Positions 46,707 through 59,415 of a DNA stretch of 64,000 nucleotides are shown piece by piece. The position numbers were made by a program, and so were the translations under genes. The stretch spans positions 42,966,001 through 43,030,000 of the forward strand of contig NC_043012.1 in the NCBI RefSeq assembly GCF_006345805.1. Reading direction: 5' to 3'. The stretch is from Octopus sinensis (lineage: Eukaryota). The notes beneath the pieces were generated by a model. That model was not told the DNA's origin and did no database searches. It saw nothing but the letters and a program-made list of their open reading frames with translations. Positions within the stretch are counted from its first letter, which is position 1; every line of letters begins with the position of its first letter.

Positions 46707-49700
46707 TCTAATAATATATAAAATAGTATTCATGCGTATTCACTTTTCACGCAAAAACCGGCTTCACCAGTTGCTTTCATACTTGTGATGCATGAATAAG
46801 TTGACCTCGGACAAATAGTAGGCTGTTCAGTTGAATTTTTTTATTAACAATTATTAGAAATTTAAAAAAAATATTGCTTTTTATATTACATTCACGTCTT
46901 TGAAAGTTTTTAGAATATTTAATTCTGGTTTTCTAGCATCAGTGACGTAACATGTCTTTTTATGCATATCTCTCTATCTATCTCTATCTCTCTGTAACAT
47001 ATCTCTCTATCTACATTTATCTTCACTTTCATTTTTCAGACGCTATTTTTTTCACTTTCAATTTTCATACGCTATTGTTTAACTTCGATGTTATTATTTT
47101 AACTGTATGTTGAAGTTTTCAATCGCTATTTACAAACAAGCAACGACAAATTACTGACAGAAAGAAGTTCACATTTACTGATGTAAGTAATTTCATAATT
47201 TACCGACAGAAGTATCTTCATAAATTTCAATTCAATCCGTAAAGTTTTGTGTTTTTCTATTGTTGACGGTTTCTTTTTGGCTCCTTCGATACTGGCTCTT
47301 TGGTTCACTGACTAACAAATTTCTCTTCAACCCATACAATACTTTATTTTCTGTTAAAATTTCTTACTTTCTGCCCGTCGTTTAAAGAAACATAATTTCC
47401 GTTAATAAGTTATTTTCATTGTTTACTATATTCTGCACTCGTGTATTTCTGTATACATTTATAACCATGCCTAGAAGGAAAGTGTCAAATTTGTCGGCAT
47501 AACTACATATTTCTGTCCCCTCCCCCTCTTTGGATGATCATGACTTTCAGAAAAATGGATATTTTTTAATGAAATTTTCTACGAATATGTGTTATATCAT
47601 GTAGATTCCGAATATACAAAATTGTTTTGGGGCGTATTTTAGAAAGGGGTGGGGTGGAGAATTTCTGAAAATTCACCGGGGTCCACTTCAATTCGTCTTA
47701 ACTTTCAAGAAAATGGATATTTTTTAATGAAATTCCCAACAAATATATCTTGGACTATGTAGATTCTGAGGACATAGGAATATTGGGGGGAAACAATTGG
47801 GGGTTATTTTTGAGAACTGTTCCCCACTTGGGGTGGGTGGGTTTGGAACAAATCCTCCAAATTTGCTTCATTTTCTCCGTTTTGTGCGTTTGTGCACCCG
47901 TAGATTTCTACTGAAGCAATAAACAGGCAATGAAGGCAAATGATGCCCTTACAACAAAACTCGTTATGCTAAAAACAACATCTAAAGGTCTGGTACACAG
48001 AAATGTTATTAAGACGACTTATCTGTTGCATACGATTTTTTTTTCATTTCAAGTAAATTTCCAGGTCAACGTTTCTAATAGAAAGGTAAAAGACACCAGA
48101 AGCAAAAATAAGGAATATACACACACAGTTAAATATAGAAGTGTAAAGTATAATTTGTTACATAATCTCTATAAAAAATTGATATTGAAAGGAATAAGTC
48201 CCCGTTTGAACTTTTTTAATTACATATATATGTGTGCATGGTAGAAATCTACAGATGCACAAACGTACAAAACGGACAAAATGAAATAAATATGGACGAC
48301 TTGTTCCGAAACAACCCCGGGTGGGGAACGGTTCTCAAAAACTACTCAGAGTGCTACTATCTAAGGCTTCTATTGCACCATGTCAAGGGACCCACAACAT
48401 TTACAGCCCTATGTACGGTTGATAACACAGGATGTCAAACATATCGCCAGGCTTGCCATCTCGGAGGTCTTCTGGAAGATGAGGCACACTGGGATGCCAC
48501 TATAACAGAGGCGCAAATGTGCAAGTCTCCTATGCAGCTGAGAAACCTCTTCTCCATCATGCTGGTGAACTGTGGATTATCAAATCCAAATCAACTTTGG
48601 TACAAAACAAGGAGGGGCCTTTCTGAAGACATTCTTCAAAGAATTCAATATCAGTGTGACGGTGATGTCACGTTCGATGATGACATCTTCAACGATGCAT
48701 TAAGATTAATAGACAACAAGGTTCAATCACTGGGTGGAAACAAACCTGAAATCTATGGTCTTCCAGCTCCTGTCAGAGATGTTCAACACAAGAGATAATC
48801 AGGGAAGCATCATACAACAAGCAGTTGTCAATGAAAAGGAACCAATTGTGGTACAGGATCAAAAGGAGATATACTGGCAAGTTCTGACATTTGTGGACAA
48901 TAACACTGGAGGGGGTCTTCTTTTTAGATGCTCCTGGAGGCACAGGAAAGACATTGTTGATCAACCTGCTCCTTGCCAAGGTGAGACAGAAGAAGAAGAT
49001 TGCTCTGGCTGTTGCATCCTTTGGAATTGCAGCCACACTCCTAATAGGTGGAAGAACAGCCCATTCAACATTCAAGCTGCCTCTGAACCTCATCCAAAAT
49101 GAATCTCCTTTATGCAACATATCCAAGAATACAGCGTTAGCAAAGCTCCTTACAGATGCCAAACTCATTGTCTGGGATGAGGCAACAATGTCTCATAAGG
49201 CAACCGTTGAAACTCTTGATACAACACTACAAGACTTCAGAAACAATAAGATCATGGGTGGTGTCACCCTCCTCATGGCTGGTGACTTCAGGCAAACGCT
49301 GCCTATCAATCCCAGAGGAACAAGGGCAGATGAGCTGAGAGCTTGCATCAGGTCCCCATATATCCGTCAACATGTCAAGCAGCTTACTCTGACAACCAGC
49401 ATGAGGTTTCACATTCATGGTGACCCGTTAACCGCACAGTTCTCCAACAACTTACTTGATATTGGAAATGGAAAACTTCCACAAGGTCCAGAAGATAGTC
49501 TGCACCACCTTCCATGTGGTAATATGACTGCCTCCCTTGACGACCTGAAGAGCAAGGTATTTCCAAACATTTCCACAAACTATAATGTCACAAGTGGTTA
49601 TCTGAAAGAACAATTCTGGTACCTAGGAATGATGCTGTAGACAAGCTGAATCTAAATTTGTTGTCTCAGCTTCTAGGACATGAATGTTCATACAGATCAA

Positions 49701-50346
49701 CCGACTCTGTCCGTGATGAAGAACAAGCAACGCATTACCCAGTGGAGTTCCTCAATACACTTCATCCACCAGGATTTTTACCACACATCTGATCCTGCAA
49801 ACAGATGCTCTCATAATGCTACTAAGAAACCTTGATGCACCCAGACATTGCAATGGAACAAGGTTGGTTGTTAAAACAGCCATGCCCCATGTATTGGAAG
49901 CAACAATAATTATAGGTAATATGATGGGTGAGAATGTATTCATTCCAAGGATACCTCTCATCTCAAATGATTTCCCCTTTCAGTTCAAGAGACTGCAGTT
50001 TCCTGTCAAACTTAGCTTTGCAATGTCTATCTACAAAGCGCATGGTCAATCTCTAAAGGTGGTGGGACTTAACCTCCTTCAACCTTGCGTCTTCACATGG
50101 TCAGCTGTATGTTGGATGTTCTAGAGTTGGAGATGAAAAGAACCTCTACATTCTCAGTGATAATCATAGCAAGACAGAAAATACAGTATATGAAGAAACA
50201 CTTACATGAACTGTAGGTCCATGTCATAGACAGAAGTGTAAAACCATCGAGTGTTAAAGTATTATCGTTATACATTCACTTTTCGACTAACATGCGTGAA
50301 TGTATATCTGTGTGTATAAAAGTGAAACAATAACGTGATATATTCG

Positions 50347-50391
<45 letters not shown>

Positions 50392-50675
50392 TGTGTGTGT
50401 GTGTGTACTCTATGCACAGCCTTTCATTGTTTATAATCTGTACCTATTTTTTGGTTACAAAATAAGTTAGACAAACGAATATTTACATTATATACATATA
50501 TGAGTTGCAAACTTTCTATTCACATGTCACTTAAGGTCTATGTTCCATGCTGGCATGGGTTGAAGAGTTATGTAGAAAGTTGGTGTCTCAGTTACTAGCT
50601 GTTGAAACATGCGTAATCTAGACGGTGTTTTTAAATTTCATTATTTAACCCGGGCAACGCCGGGTATTTCTGCAT
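46707..50675 (+). mobile_element. Helitron, internally deleted; post-Rep region and PIF1-type helicase pseudogene
   Basis: 5' A|TCTAATAATATATAAAA; ORF start MPRRKVSNLS at 47467; YYLRLLLHHVKGPT, FFLDAPGGTGKT, LIVWDEATM, AGDFRQTLP and LRNLD..CNGTRL. 3' hairpin ACCCGG-gcaacg-CCGGGT at 50648-50665; terminal CTAG degraded. Confidence 0.9.
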
Positions 50676-51129
50676 ATATATATATTTGCACACGCAATTA
50701 AATTTAAGGTGTGTGTGTGTGTGTGCTTATGTATGTAATTCAAACGCAGTCTTGTGAGCGCACGTATTCTTCTCTCCTATTCATCGCTAAGGAATTTCAC
50801 CCATCAATTACTTCTTGGTTTCCATCTCTCTCAGGTCGCCCTTGTTGCACCATTGTTCTGCGTTGTTTCGTTTTGTTTAATTTTCGTCGTAATCGATTAA
50901 TGTTTATTTTCATCGTAAAAGAATTCATTTTTATTTAATTTTATTGTACTTAGAATTGTTTTTATTTTTTTCATCCCAGTTTCTAGTTTTCTCCGCCCTG
51001 TCACTAAGGCTCAACTCAATTTCTCCTGTTTTTGTGCTTCGTTTTCATTGTATCTATTACACAATAACCATGTGCCAGGGGTGACCAAACAACGGCTTGT
51101 AGGCCGCATGCAGCTCTTTGACTGTAAAA

Positions 51130-52215
51130 GTCGAGGACTGTTAAAGCCGGGGTAGACTTTGCCTTTCATCCTTTTAGGATCAATAAAATAGATAGCAGCT
51201 GAGCCCTGGAGTTGATGTAATAAACTTATCCACCTCCCTCGAAATTTCTGGCTTTGTACCAAAATTTGAAACCAATATATATGGCTCGTGGAAATATGCT
51301 GGCTGGGCTCTTTTTTTTATCGCAGTTATTTAAAAGTTAAATAAAACGAATTCAAACTTTATAATTTTTTTTTATTGAATATGAATTGATGATATCAGCA
51401 TTCCTACTTCTGTGGGAAGGGGAAACGGCGTTACCAACTATTTCAAATAAACACAAATATAAAATTGGAATGAATTAAAAAAAATTTCCAGTTTGTCTCT
51501 TCTGTTCTTTATCTCACACTACGTGTCACATTTGTCTATTCGCAATGGCCATTGTCGCATTTTCTGCTTAGAATCATATCGATTTCAAATTTCGGCTCAA
51601 AGCCAGCAATTTCAGGGGTGGGGGTAAGTCGATTACATCGACCCCAGTACTCAATTGGTACTTATTTTATCGACCCCGAATGAAAAGCAATGCCGACCTC
51701 AGAGGAATTTGAACTCAGAACGTAAAGACGGACAAAATGCCGTTAAGCTTGTTGTCTGGAGTACTAACGATTCAGCAAGCTCTCTGCCTTTTTACTTAGA
51801 ATAATATTGATATCATTTACTCTTTTCTACTCTAGGCACAAGGCTCGAAATTTTTGGTGTGGCCAGTCGATTAGATCGATCCCAGTACGCAACTGGTACT
51901 TAATTTATCGACCTCGAAAGGATGAAAGGCAAAGTCGACCTCGGCGGAATTCGAGCTCAGAACATAAAGACAGACGAAATACCTATTTCCTTACTGCCCA
52001 CAAGGGGCTACACACGGAGAGGACAAACAAGGACAGACAAACGGATTAAGTCGATTATATATCGACCCCAGTGTGTAACTGGTACTTATTTAATCGACCC
52101 CGAAAGGATGAAAGGCAAAGTCGACCTCGGCGGAATTTGAACTCAGAACGTAGCAGCAGACGAAATACCGCTAAGCATTTCGCTCGGCGCGCTAACGTTT
52201 CTGCCAGCTCAGTGC
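51130..52215. mobile_element. Cluster of about four SINE copies or fragments (same family as 44850-45135)
   Basis: Repeated atcgacccc..gaaaggcaaagtcgacctcggcggaatttgaactcagaacgta. Confidence 0.8.
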
Positions 52216-52658
52216 CTTATGACTGATTCATTTATTTATCTCAATAATTTATTTGATTTTACTTCATGATAGAGCACCTACTAATGCAGCAATGGGCAAC
52301 AGAAACAATTCTGAACGATAATGCTAGACCTGAGTGAGGCAATGTTATTTAGTGCTGAGCGTAGGAATGGTAAGGGGCAAAGGGAATAAAGAAATTTAAG
52401 GTAAGCAATGGTTACAGGGAAAAATCAGAAGACTGAGTAAGAAGGTTAAACATGTGGGCGTGTGGGGGAAGGGTTGAGACTGGCCACAGATAGCTTTATG
52501 AGCCTAACCCTGACACACTCTTATAGTGTACATTAATACAATGTAATACAAGTCGTTCAACTGTACATACCTTGCTGGTGCCTTACTGAGAATTATGGGT
52601 ACCTTGTTGGTAGAGTTGGATGCAAGTTTTGTTTTACAAGTATCGATGAAAAAATTTC

Positions 52659-53050
52659 GAAGGAAGATGGTATCATCAAATTGTAAGAAACGAAAATATG
52701 AAGATGAAAACAAATTTTAAGCCAGAATTGGAGGAAGATTTTGATTTCACCGTCAAACATTTCTGCCGCATCTGCAATATGTCACTTAATCATTAGAAAG
52801 CCAGTTACTTGGGACATACTGTGAAAAACTGTTTCGCATGATTATCCACCTTCATTCAAGGGAAAACAAATTAACTGCGTCAAAATCATCACTAAATAGA
52901 CAGCAAACATTGATGATAACGTTCAGCAAAGAAGACGATTTTGTTATATCATGGAATATAGTTCGTGCTAAACGTTTATATTCTGATAGCAAATTTGTTA
53001 AGAAGAATATAGCTGATGTTATATAACTGCTGCGACTAAAAGCTCAAACA
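52659..53050 (+). mobile_element. hAT transposase N-terminal remnant (GTF2IRD2/EPM2AIP1/SPIN-like)
   Basis: MVSSNCKKRKYEDENKF and VISWNIVRAKRLYSDSKFVKK. Confidence 0.6.
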
Positions 53051-53869
53051 CCAGTTCCATGTCACGGTTGATAAATGTTACAAACGAAGAGAATAAACGA
53101 AAACTGAAACCTCGAAAATGATCTTACTGAGAATTATAGGTATTTCGAAACCTAACAGCGTACCCTAGGGGTGCCAACAATCATTGGAGTAGTCATATTT
53201 GCCAAATAAGAGTTACATCCGATAAAGTTCAGATGTTTAAGAGTCACAAGACGAACAAAATTTGCTCTGTGTTTACGTTAATGTCTGTGTCTGTATGTCC
53301 CACAACTTAGATCAATAACATAACATAAGCATCAGACTTGAGAAAATAAGTAGTGGGGTTGATATGGTTGACTAAATATCTTCAAGGCGGTGCCCCAACA
53401 TCATCGCAGTCCAATGACTGATAGTAGTAAAATAAAAGTATATGTTTTAATTGTTACATGTATACATTTTGTATGTATGCAATAATATTTAACCATGAAT
53501 GCATTGTTGAAAACTGTTAAATCGTATTAGATCCATTTTATACATCAAAAGTTTTAGCGTATTTAATACAGTAATAAACATGTAAGAAAAATGTAAGAAA
53601 AATGTGCGAATTTGCATTTCAGTATAATAAAATTAGACTGCCAACAATAAAAGTAAAAAGGAAAAAAAGTATATTTTAAATGATATTTAGTTATCTTAGT
53701 AGGTCAAAACATGAAAGAAAATATGTGAAAAAGCGAACTAAATAAAATTAGAGATATTTAAATCAGACCATATATGCAATGTTAGTCTTATCATAATGTT
53801 TTTATGACAACACACAAAGCAACACATATCAGGATATTAAAGCTGCTAGTTATGCTTGTAGATGTCTTG

Positions 53870-54650
53870 TGGATTTCTATTTTGGTTGTAAGTAGTTGAA
53901 AACCGGCCGACATGTTGTCAAAGCTGTACAAACTAGCTCCATCAGGAGATGGTTTGTAAGGTTTGCATGATGCTTCGATTTCACAAATTCCATTACAGAA
54001 AACAGTGATCCATAGCAGTATGTTGTGCTGATAATTGGGATGAGTCGGACACGAGTTTTCTTTCGTTCAGGATATTTTATTTTTGGAACATGTTTCCAGA
54101 ACGCAATTGCAGACTGGGATTTATGGATCATCTTTAGGCCCAAGTCTTCCTGTAATTCTATTAGCTCCATTCCCACAGAAGATGGTTCGGTAATTAGATG
54201 TTCTAGAATTGGACAACCATCATTGACCATATCAACCATAAATAGATTTACAAGAGAGATGAAGCAGGGCCTTATCTTCTGCGAGTCATCAAATCTGGTT
54301 AGGAAATTATCAAGTAGATCTATATTTAAATTGTATACTTCCAGTTTGTGGTCGTCTATTCTTGTATCAGGGAAGGTATTTACCCTCCTTCCGAAACTGG
54401 GAAAGTGACAAAATCTTTTCAACCGTAGGTCTCTTTGAAAAGCTATCTTAGTAAGACCAAAAGAAAAAAAATCATCCTATTAATCCTGCATTTTCACCCA
54501 CCATCTGTTGCAACACTGACAAATTTATTTAGTAGAACACCAGCATTCGTTAAGGCTCTCTCAAGTGCATTTTTATTTCGAGTTGTTTCTTTTAATTCCA
54601 TCAGATCCAATATCCATTCTTTCACAATTAACTCAGAAGAAACACAATGA
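53870..54650 (-). mobile_element. hAT transposase central/C-terminal remnant
   Basis: Minus-strand KFVSVATDG, ELIELQED and FWK..KYPE..STTYCYGSLFSVMEFVKSKH. Confidence 0.7.
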
Positions 54651-55206
54651 ACAAATACTGCTAGCTGTAGGTTTTCTTGTATATTAGTTTATTCGTCGGT
54701 CTCTTACCCTTTATCGTTATTTTTGTTGCAGAAATTTACTTTTGGAATCAGCTTCGCTGTTTTGCAGGATTCTGGATCAAGTAGGTCTGTAGTAGTTCGG
54801 AGAAATGGTGAGTGTGTGACTATGTGTGTATTTGCGTTTGCGATTTTCTGTGGTTAGTGATGAGAGCTTGCTGGGATTTGTTTTGGTGACAGTTTTGATA
54901 CTGTTTTGGGGATGTCTGTTGCTGTCCTTGGATTTTTTGGTGTAGATTTCATTGCTGTTTTGTTGTTGCTGTTGTTACTTCATCACTTGATTCGCTGTTG
55001 CAGCTGTAGTGATTCCTGATGTTGCAGGATTTCTCCTAATTGTTGTTGATATTGTTTTGAAATTGATAGGCAGGCAACACATCTTTTCGCTCCGCTTTGT
55101 TGCGGTGGGCAGAAGACCATCAAGTGCACACGGGCATACATACATATATATACAAGCGTGCATATAAATGAATACGCACGTGTGTGTGTATGTGTTTGTG
55201 CACGTA

Positions 55207-55279
<73 letters not shown>

Positions 55280-55393
55280 GTAAAAAGTGAAAAAACTACA
55301 GAAGGCTTGTTTTAAAAGGTTAAAAAATATATATTTGAGTCAATATGTCTGAAGAATGTTATAAATTTTTTTCATACAATGACATAGTTTTTA

Positions 55394-55433
55394 AAGAAAT
55401 GACCGGTTTCGCGTTCAGCTTTTCAAATTTCTT
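55394..55433 (-). ncRNA. Minimal hammerhead ribozyme, U3:A8 variant (left-arm copy)
   Basis: Exact reverse complement of 56389-56428. Confidence 0.7.
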
Positions 55434-56388
55434 ACATCGTTATGTTTACGTTGAGAAGAGTTAACGTTATGTTTACGTTGAGAAGAGTTCCAGATAAGGG
55501 GAGGTAATAAGTGATTTCTTCCAGTGTAAGGGAGATAATCGCTTAAAATTTCTTGCCTTTCTTTTGGAGTGAATTTCTCTGTATAAGTATGTTGGAATGG
55601 TTAAGTTTGGGCTTGTATTTTTCAATGAAGAATGTTTCCTTGTTTAGTCTAATTTGTGTTGGAGTTCCGATAGCACATTGGTAAAATGGAAAGATTAAAA
55701 ATTGTGGTAGTAGTTGCTTTGCGCATTTCTCAATGTGCTCACTAAAGGGTATCATTCTGTATTCTGGGAATGCAATCTGTTGTCGATGCAGTGTGCATCA
55801 ACGTCTGAGTGATAGTCCCGTGAAAAGTAAAAAAATGTGGTAGACCGAACTGTGCAACATGTCCAAACCTGCTAGAAGGATCAGAATTCCTCTTCAAAGA
55901 GGGACAGAAATTCAAGATCAAATCTAATTTTACTTGTGCCCCTGAAAACATAATTTATGTCATAAAATGCTCGGGCTGCCACCAAGACTACGTGGGGTCC
56001 ACGGGACTATCACTTAGACGTAGATGCACACTGCATCGACAACAGATTGCATTCCCAGAATACAGAATGATACCCTTTAGTGAGCACATTGAGAAATGCG
56101 CAAAGCAACTACTACCACAATTTTTAATCTTTCCATTTTACCAATGTGCTATCGGAACACCAACACAAATTAGACTAAACAAGGAAACATTCTTCATTGA
56201 AAAATACAAGCCCAAACTTAACCATTCCAACATACTTATACAGAGAAATTCACTCCAAAAGAAAGGCAAGAAATTTTAAGCGATTATCTCCCTTACACTG
56301 GAAGAAATCACTTATTACCTCCCCTTATCTGGAACTCTTCTCAACGTAAACATAACGTTAACTCTTCTCAACGTAAACATAACGATGT

Positions 56389-56428
56389 AAGAAATTTGAA
56401 AAGCTGAACGCGAAACCGGTCATTTCTT
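56389..56428 (+). ncRNA. Minimal hammerhead ribozyme, U3:A8 variant, in the Penelope pLTR
   Basis: AAGAAAT-TTGAAAA-GC(TGAAC)GC-GAA-ACCGGT-C/ATTTCTT. 7-bp helix I, palindromic ACCGGT, GUC triplet. Confidence 0.72.
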
Positions 56429-56588
56429 TAAAAACTATGTCATTGTATGAAAAAATTTATAACATTCTTCAGATATATTGACTTAAATATATATTCTTTA
56501 ACCTTTTAAAACAAGCCTTCTGTAGTTTTTTCACTCTTTACTATTTTCTATATATTCAACCACGTGCTTTCACACACCAACTTTCTCA

Positions 56589-56648
<60 letters not shown>

Positions 56649-56983
56649 TACACGCATATGTGCGTGTATGTGCGCGTGTGTGCATGCGCGCACACATATT
56701 AGTTTATGCATGTGTGTATCTGTGTGTATGGGGGGTGCGTGCGCGCCCATGCACACATGCGCACGTTCGCATAAATACAGACATGCACGCAAAAGCATAT
56801 GACTACGTCCACACACATATACAAGTATATACCTGCACATACCGCCCCTTCCTACATCCCTCCGACCATGCGACCAATTTCGTGTCCACCACACGGTCGA
56901 TTTCTTGCCCACCACGTGGTCGATTTCCTGTTCACTATGCGGTATTTTCCAAGTAACTGTTGTCACTGATATACCAACATCAA

Positions 56984-57016
56984 TGGCTGAAGACTAGCTT
57001 GAAACTCGGAGTACCA
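56984..57016 (+). ncRNA. Candidate minimal hammerhead (weak stem II)
   Basis: TGG-CTGAAGA-CTAGCTT-GAA-ACTC(G)GAGT-A/CCA. Confidence 0.4.
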
Positions 57017-57128
57017 ACGAATTTGAATGAAACTGTTTTGGTCTATACATGTAACTCTCAATAAATGTGTTGAGTGTCCTTCTTTCGTTTGTCCATTCAC
57101 TCTCTCTCTTTTTCTCTCTCTCTCTCTC

Positions 57129-57169
<41 letters not shown>

Positions 57170-57268
57170 TTTCCTCTTTTCTTTTTTCTTTTCCTTTCGG
57201 ATTCCGGTGTTTCCACCTTTTACGTCTACTTTCTTCCCTGTCGACCTGTTTTAGCTTGTTATGTGGTC

Positions 57269-57354
57269 AGAGCCTGAGGATTGCGTGAAGGCACCAGATG
57301 TGTTATAAAATGGTGCCTGAGTCGTTTTCAACGCATGAAGCTATGAGTAGCTCT
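57269..57354 (+). ncRNA. Candidate type I hammerhead with extended stem II (one core substitution)
   Basis: AGAGC-CTGAGGA-[long hairpin]-GAA-GCT(ATG)AGT-A/GCTCT; A15.1 reads G. Confidence 0.45.
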
Positions 57355-57486
57355 TAAAAATATATATTGTGCTTATTAAGTTATATTTATCTCTCTCCAG
57401 ATGGAGTACTTCTTTTGTTGATCTTACCTTCACGGAACAGTATACCACATGCGCGCACACAAGCACACGCACACACACACACACAC

Positions 57487-57533
<47 letters not shown>

Positions 57534-57550
57534 TCCAATCATTCATACTA

Positions 57551-57850
57551 CATACGGAGTGCATTCCAGAAGACGTTTTGAGACTTTTTTAGGAGAACTT
57601 ATTGTAATTTTAGTATATCATTATTATTCACCAAATAAGCTGATCTGGCGACTTTTGTCATTCTAGATTGAAGGAAGTGGCTGTAACAACACTTTGAACA
57701 ATTCTTGTCACAGTTGATCCTTTTACTGAATGTAGTCAGGACGGGAAGACAAACTGGAAGTTCGTTATGAAATACAGTTTTCTGTTAAATTGGTCAAAAA
57801 CGCTACAGAAACTTATGAAATGCTCCAGGCTGCTTATGAATTAACTTGTA
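57551..57850 (+). mobile_element. Mariner 5' remnant
   Basis: TIR-like tacggagtgcattccagaag; KLEVRYEIQFSVKLVKNATETYEMLQAAY. Confidence 0.6.
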
Positions 57851-59189
57851 TGAAATCCATTTCACTTACATATTCAATATCGTTGAGAGTGACGTAAACA
57901 CCACACAGTCCGGTTGCAGGTATTGTCCTCAACGAGAAATATATTTTATCAAGCGGGTTAAAGTGTTTTCACTATTAAGGCAATGTTTTGTCAGGAAAAA
58001 AACCAACAAAAAGTAATTTGTTATGGACAATTTAGCTGGAGTACGTATTTCGCGGACAACAAGAGTTAAGACAGATCTGTAGTAACTGTTGCAATCGTTT
58101 GTTTTTACCATTTTTTAAATAACAGATTTTTTCAAAGAGTGTGTTGAGATTGACTTCATGCTTCAATCTCAAGAACTAATCTTGTTACAATGAAAGTCTT
58201 TTTTCAAGTTAAAACTTTTATCAAAGTCCTCCCTATTAACTTCAAGTCTATTATTTCAATAATAATGTTCCCGTTTAGAATTGGAACAAGAGGATGTTTT
58301 TTTTAATGTTTTCAACGAAATTAACGATTTAAGTAGATTGAAAAGAAATCGATTCTGGAAACGGAAGTTGGATTGCTGGTATTACCCACCATATCCTGGC
58401 CACTACTTTACTATGAAAGCAGCGTGTGCTTAAAGGAACAGAAATACAGATAAACACTATAAAAAAAGATGAGTAAGAGAATAGCTTTGAGTACCAGGGA
58501 AAATATTGAAAAAAATATAAAATTACTAATTTGCTGTGAACAGGAAGAAACATAGGTTAAAACTGGATGAGAATGGGAGCAGAGAAAAGATAATGGAAAT
58601 GAGTGAATGTGCATGAGGATATATTCGTTTATGTATGTGTGTGTTGTTAAATAAGAAAAATCAAAGGTGACGAAAAATAAGCAAAAGCAAACTGAACAAA
58701 AAACTGCGATGAATACAAGTGAATGCAAGCAAAATATGGTATTTTATATGAATTTAAGAACGAGAAAGTTTTGATTCTTCAACTAAAACAATAAAGTGCC
58801 AGCAGAATGTCAATGTCATTTCTCACATAATCCATTCCTTATTTATAGTCAAATATTCAAAGATGTATTTGGTTATTATCTGTTTTATCTTTCGGTTGTG
58901 GTTCATCAGCGTATTCGCTTTGTAGATTGGAAGAAACGTAGAGCTGTAAATAAATACCAGCTGGTCTACATTAGAACAAACCACTACACTTAATAAAAGA
59001 CGTGCTCGGAATCTCACGGACTCAATATATTATGAGTAATTCACGTCAACACAATTCTTTGATTAAGATTCTTAAGTTAACTCGGATATATTGACTTACA
59101 TCTTGAGTTAATAATTATTATGCATCATCCTGTGTTACTATTTGAATGCAAGTTCAGAGTTGAAAGTAAAAATAATGTACATCCGGAAT

Positions 59190-59208
59190 ATATATATATA
59201 TGTGTGCG

Positions 59209-59287
<79 letters not shown>

Positions 59288-59415
59288 CATATATATAATA
59301 TATATATACATACATATATATATACACATACATACATACATACATACATACATACATACATACATACATACATACATACATACATACATGCATACATAAA
59401 TACATATATGTGTGT
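59190..59415 (+). repeat. (TA)n/(CATA)n microsatellite
   Basis: Directly visible; similar tracts at about 23590-23675, 55205-55272, 56590-56645, 57460-57530 and 61210-61288. Confidence 0.95.

Larger units (their letters stand above)
55275..56549 (+). mobile_element. Penelope-like element 3' end with an inverted duplicate (arms 55275-55822 and 56000-56549)
   Basis: Frame 55824-56279: KCGRPNCATC linker, NIIYVIKCSGCHQDYVGST (GIY-YIG), RRRCTLHR and RLNKETFFIEKYKPKLN. The arms are near-perfect reverse complements. Confidence 0.92.

Noticed and set aside
48232-50124. Host PIF1 helicase gene
   Set aside because: Intronless, frameshifted and bounded by Helitron termini, so it is transposon-derived.
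54690-55130. Thr/Asn-rich minus-strand stretch resembling a retroelement N-terminus
   Set aside because: No diagnostic motif, so it cannot be assigned.
55343-55387. CTGAAGA with TATGT/ACATA pairing in the Penelope arm
   Set aside because: It is antisense to the element and lacks GAAA-UH; probably coincidental.
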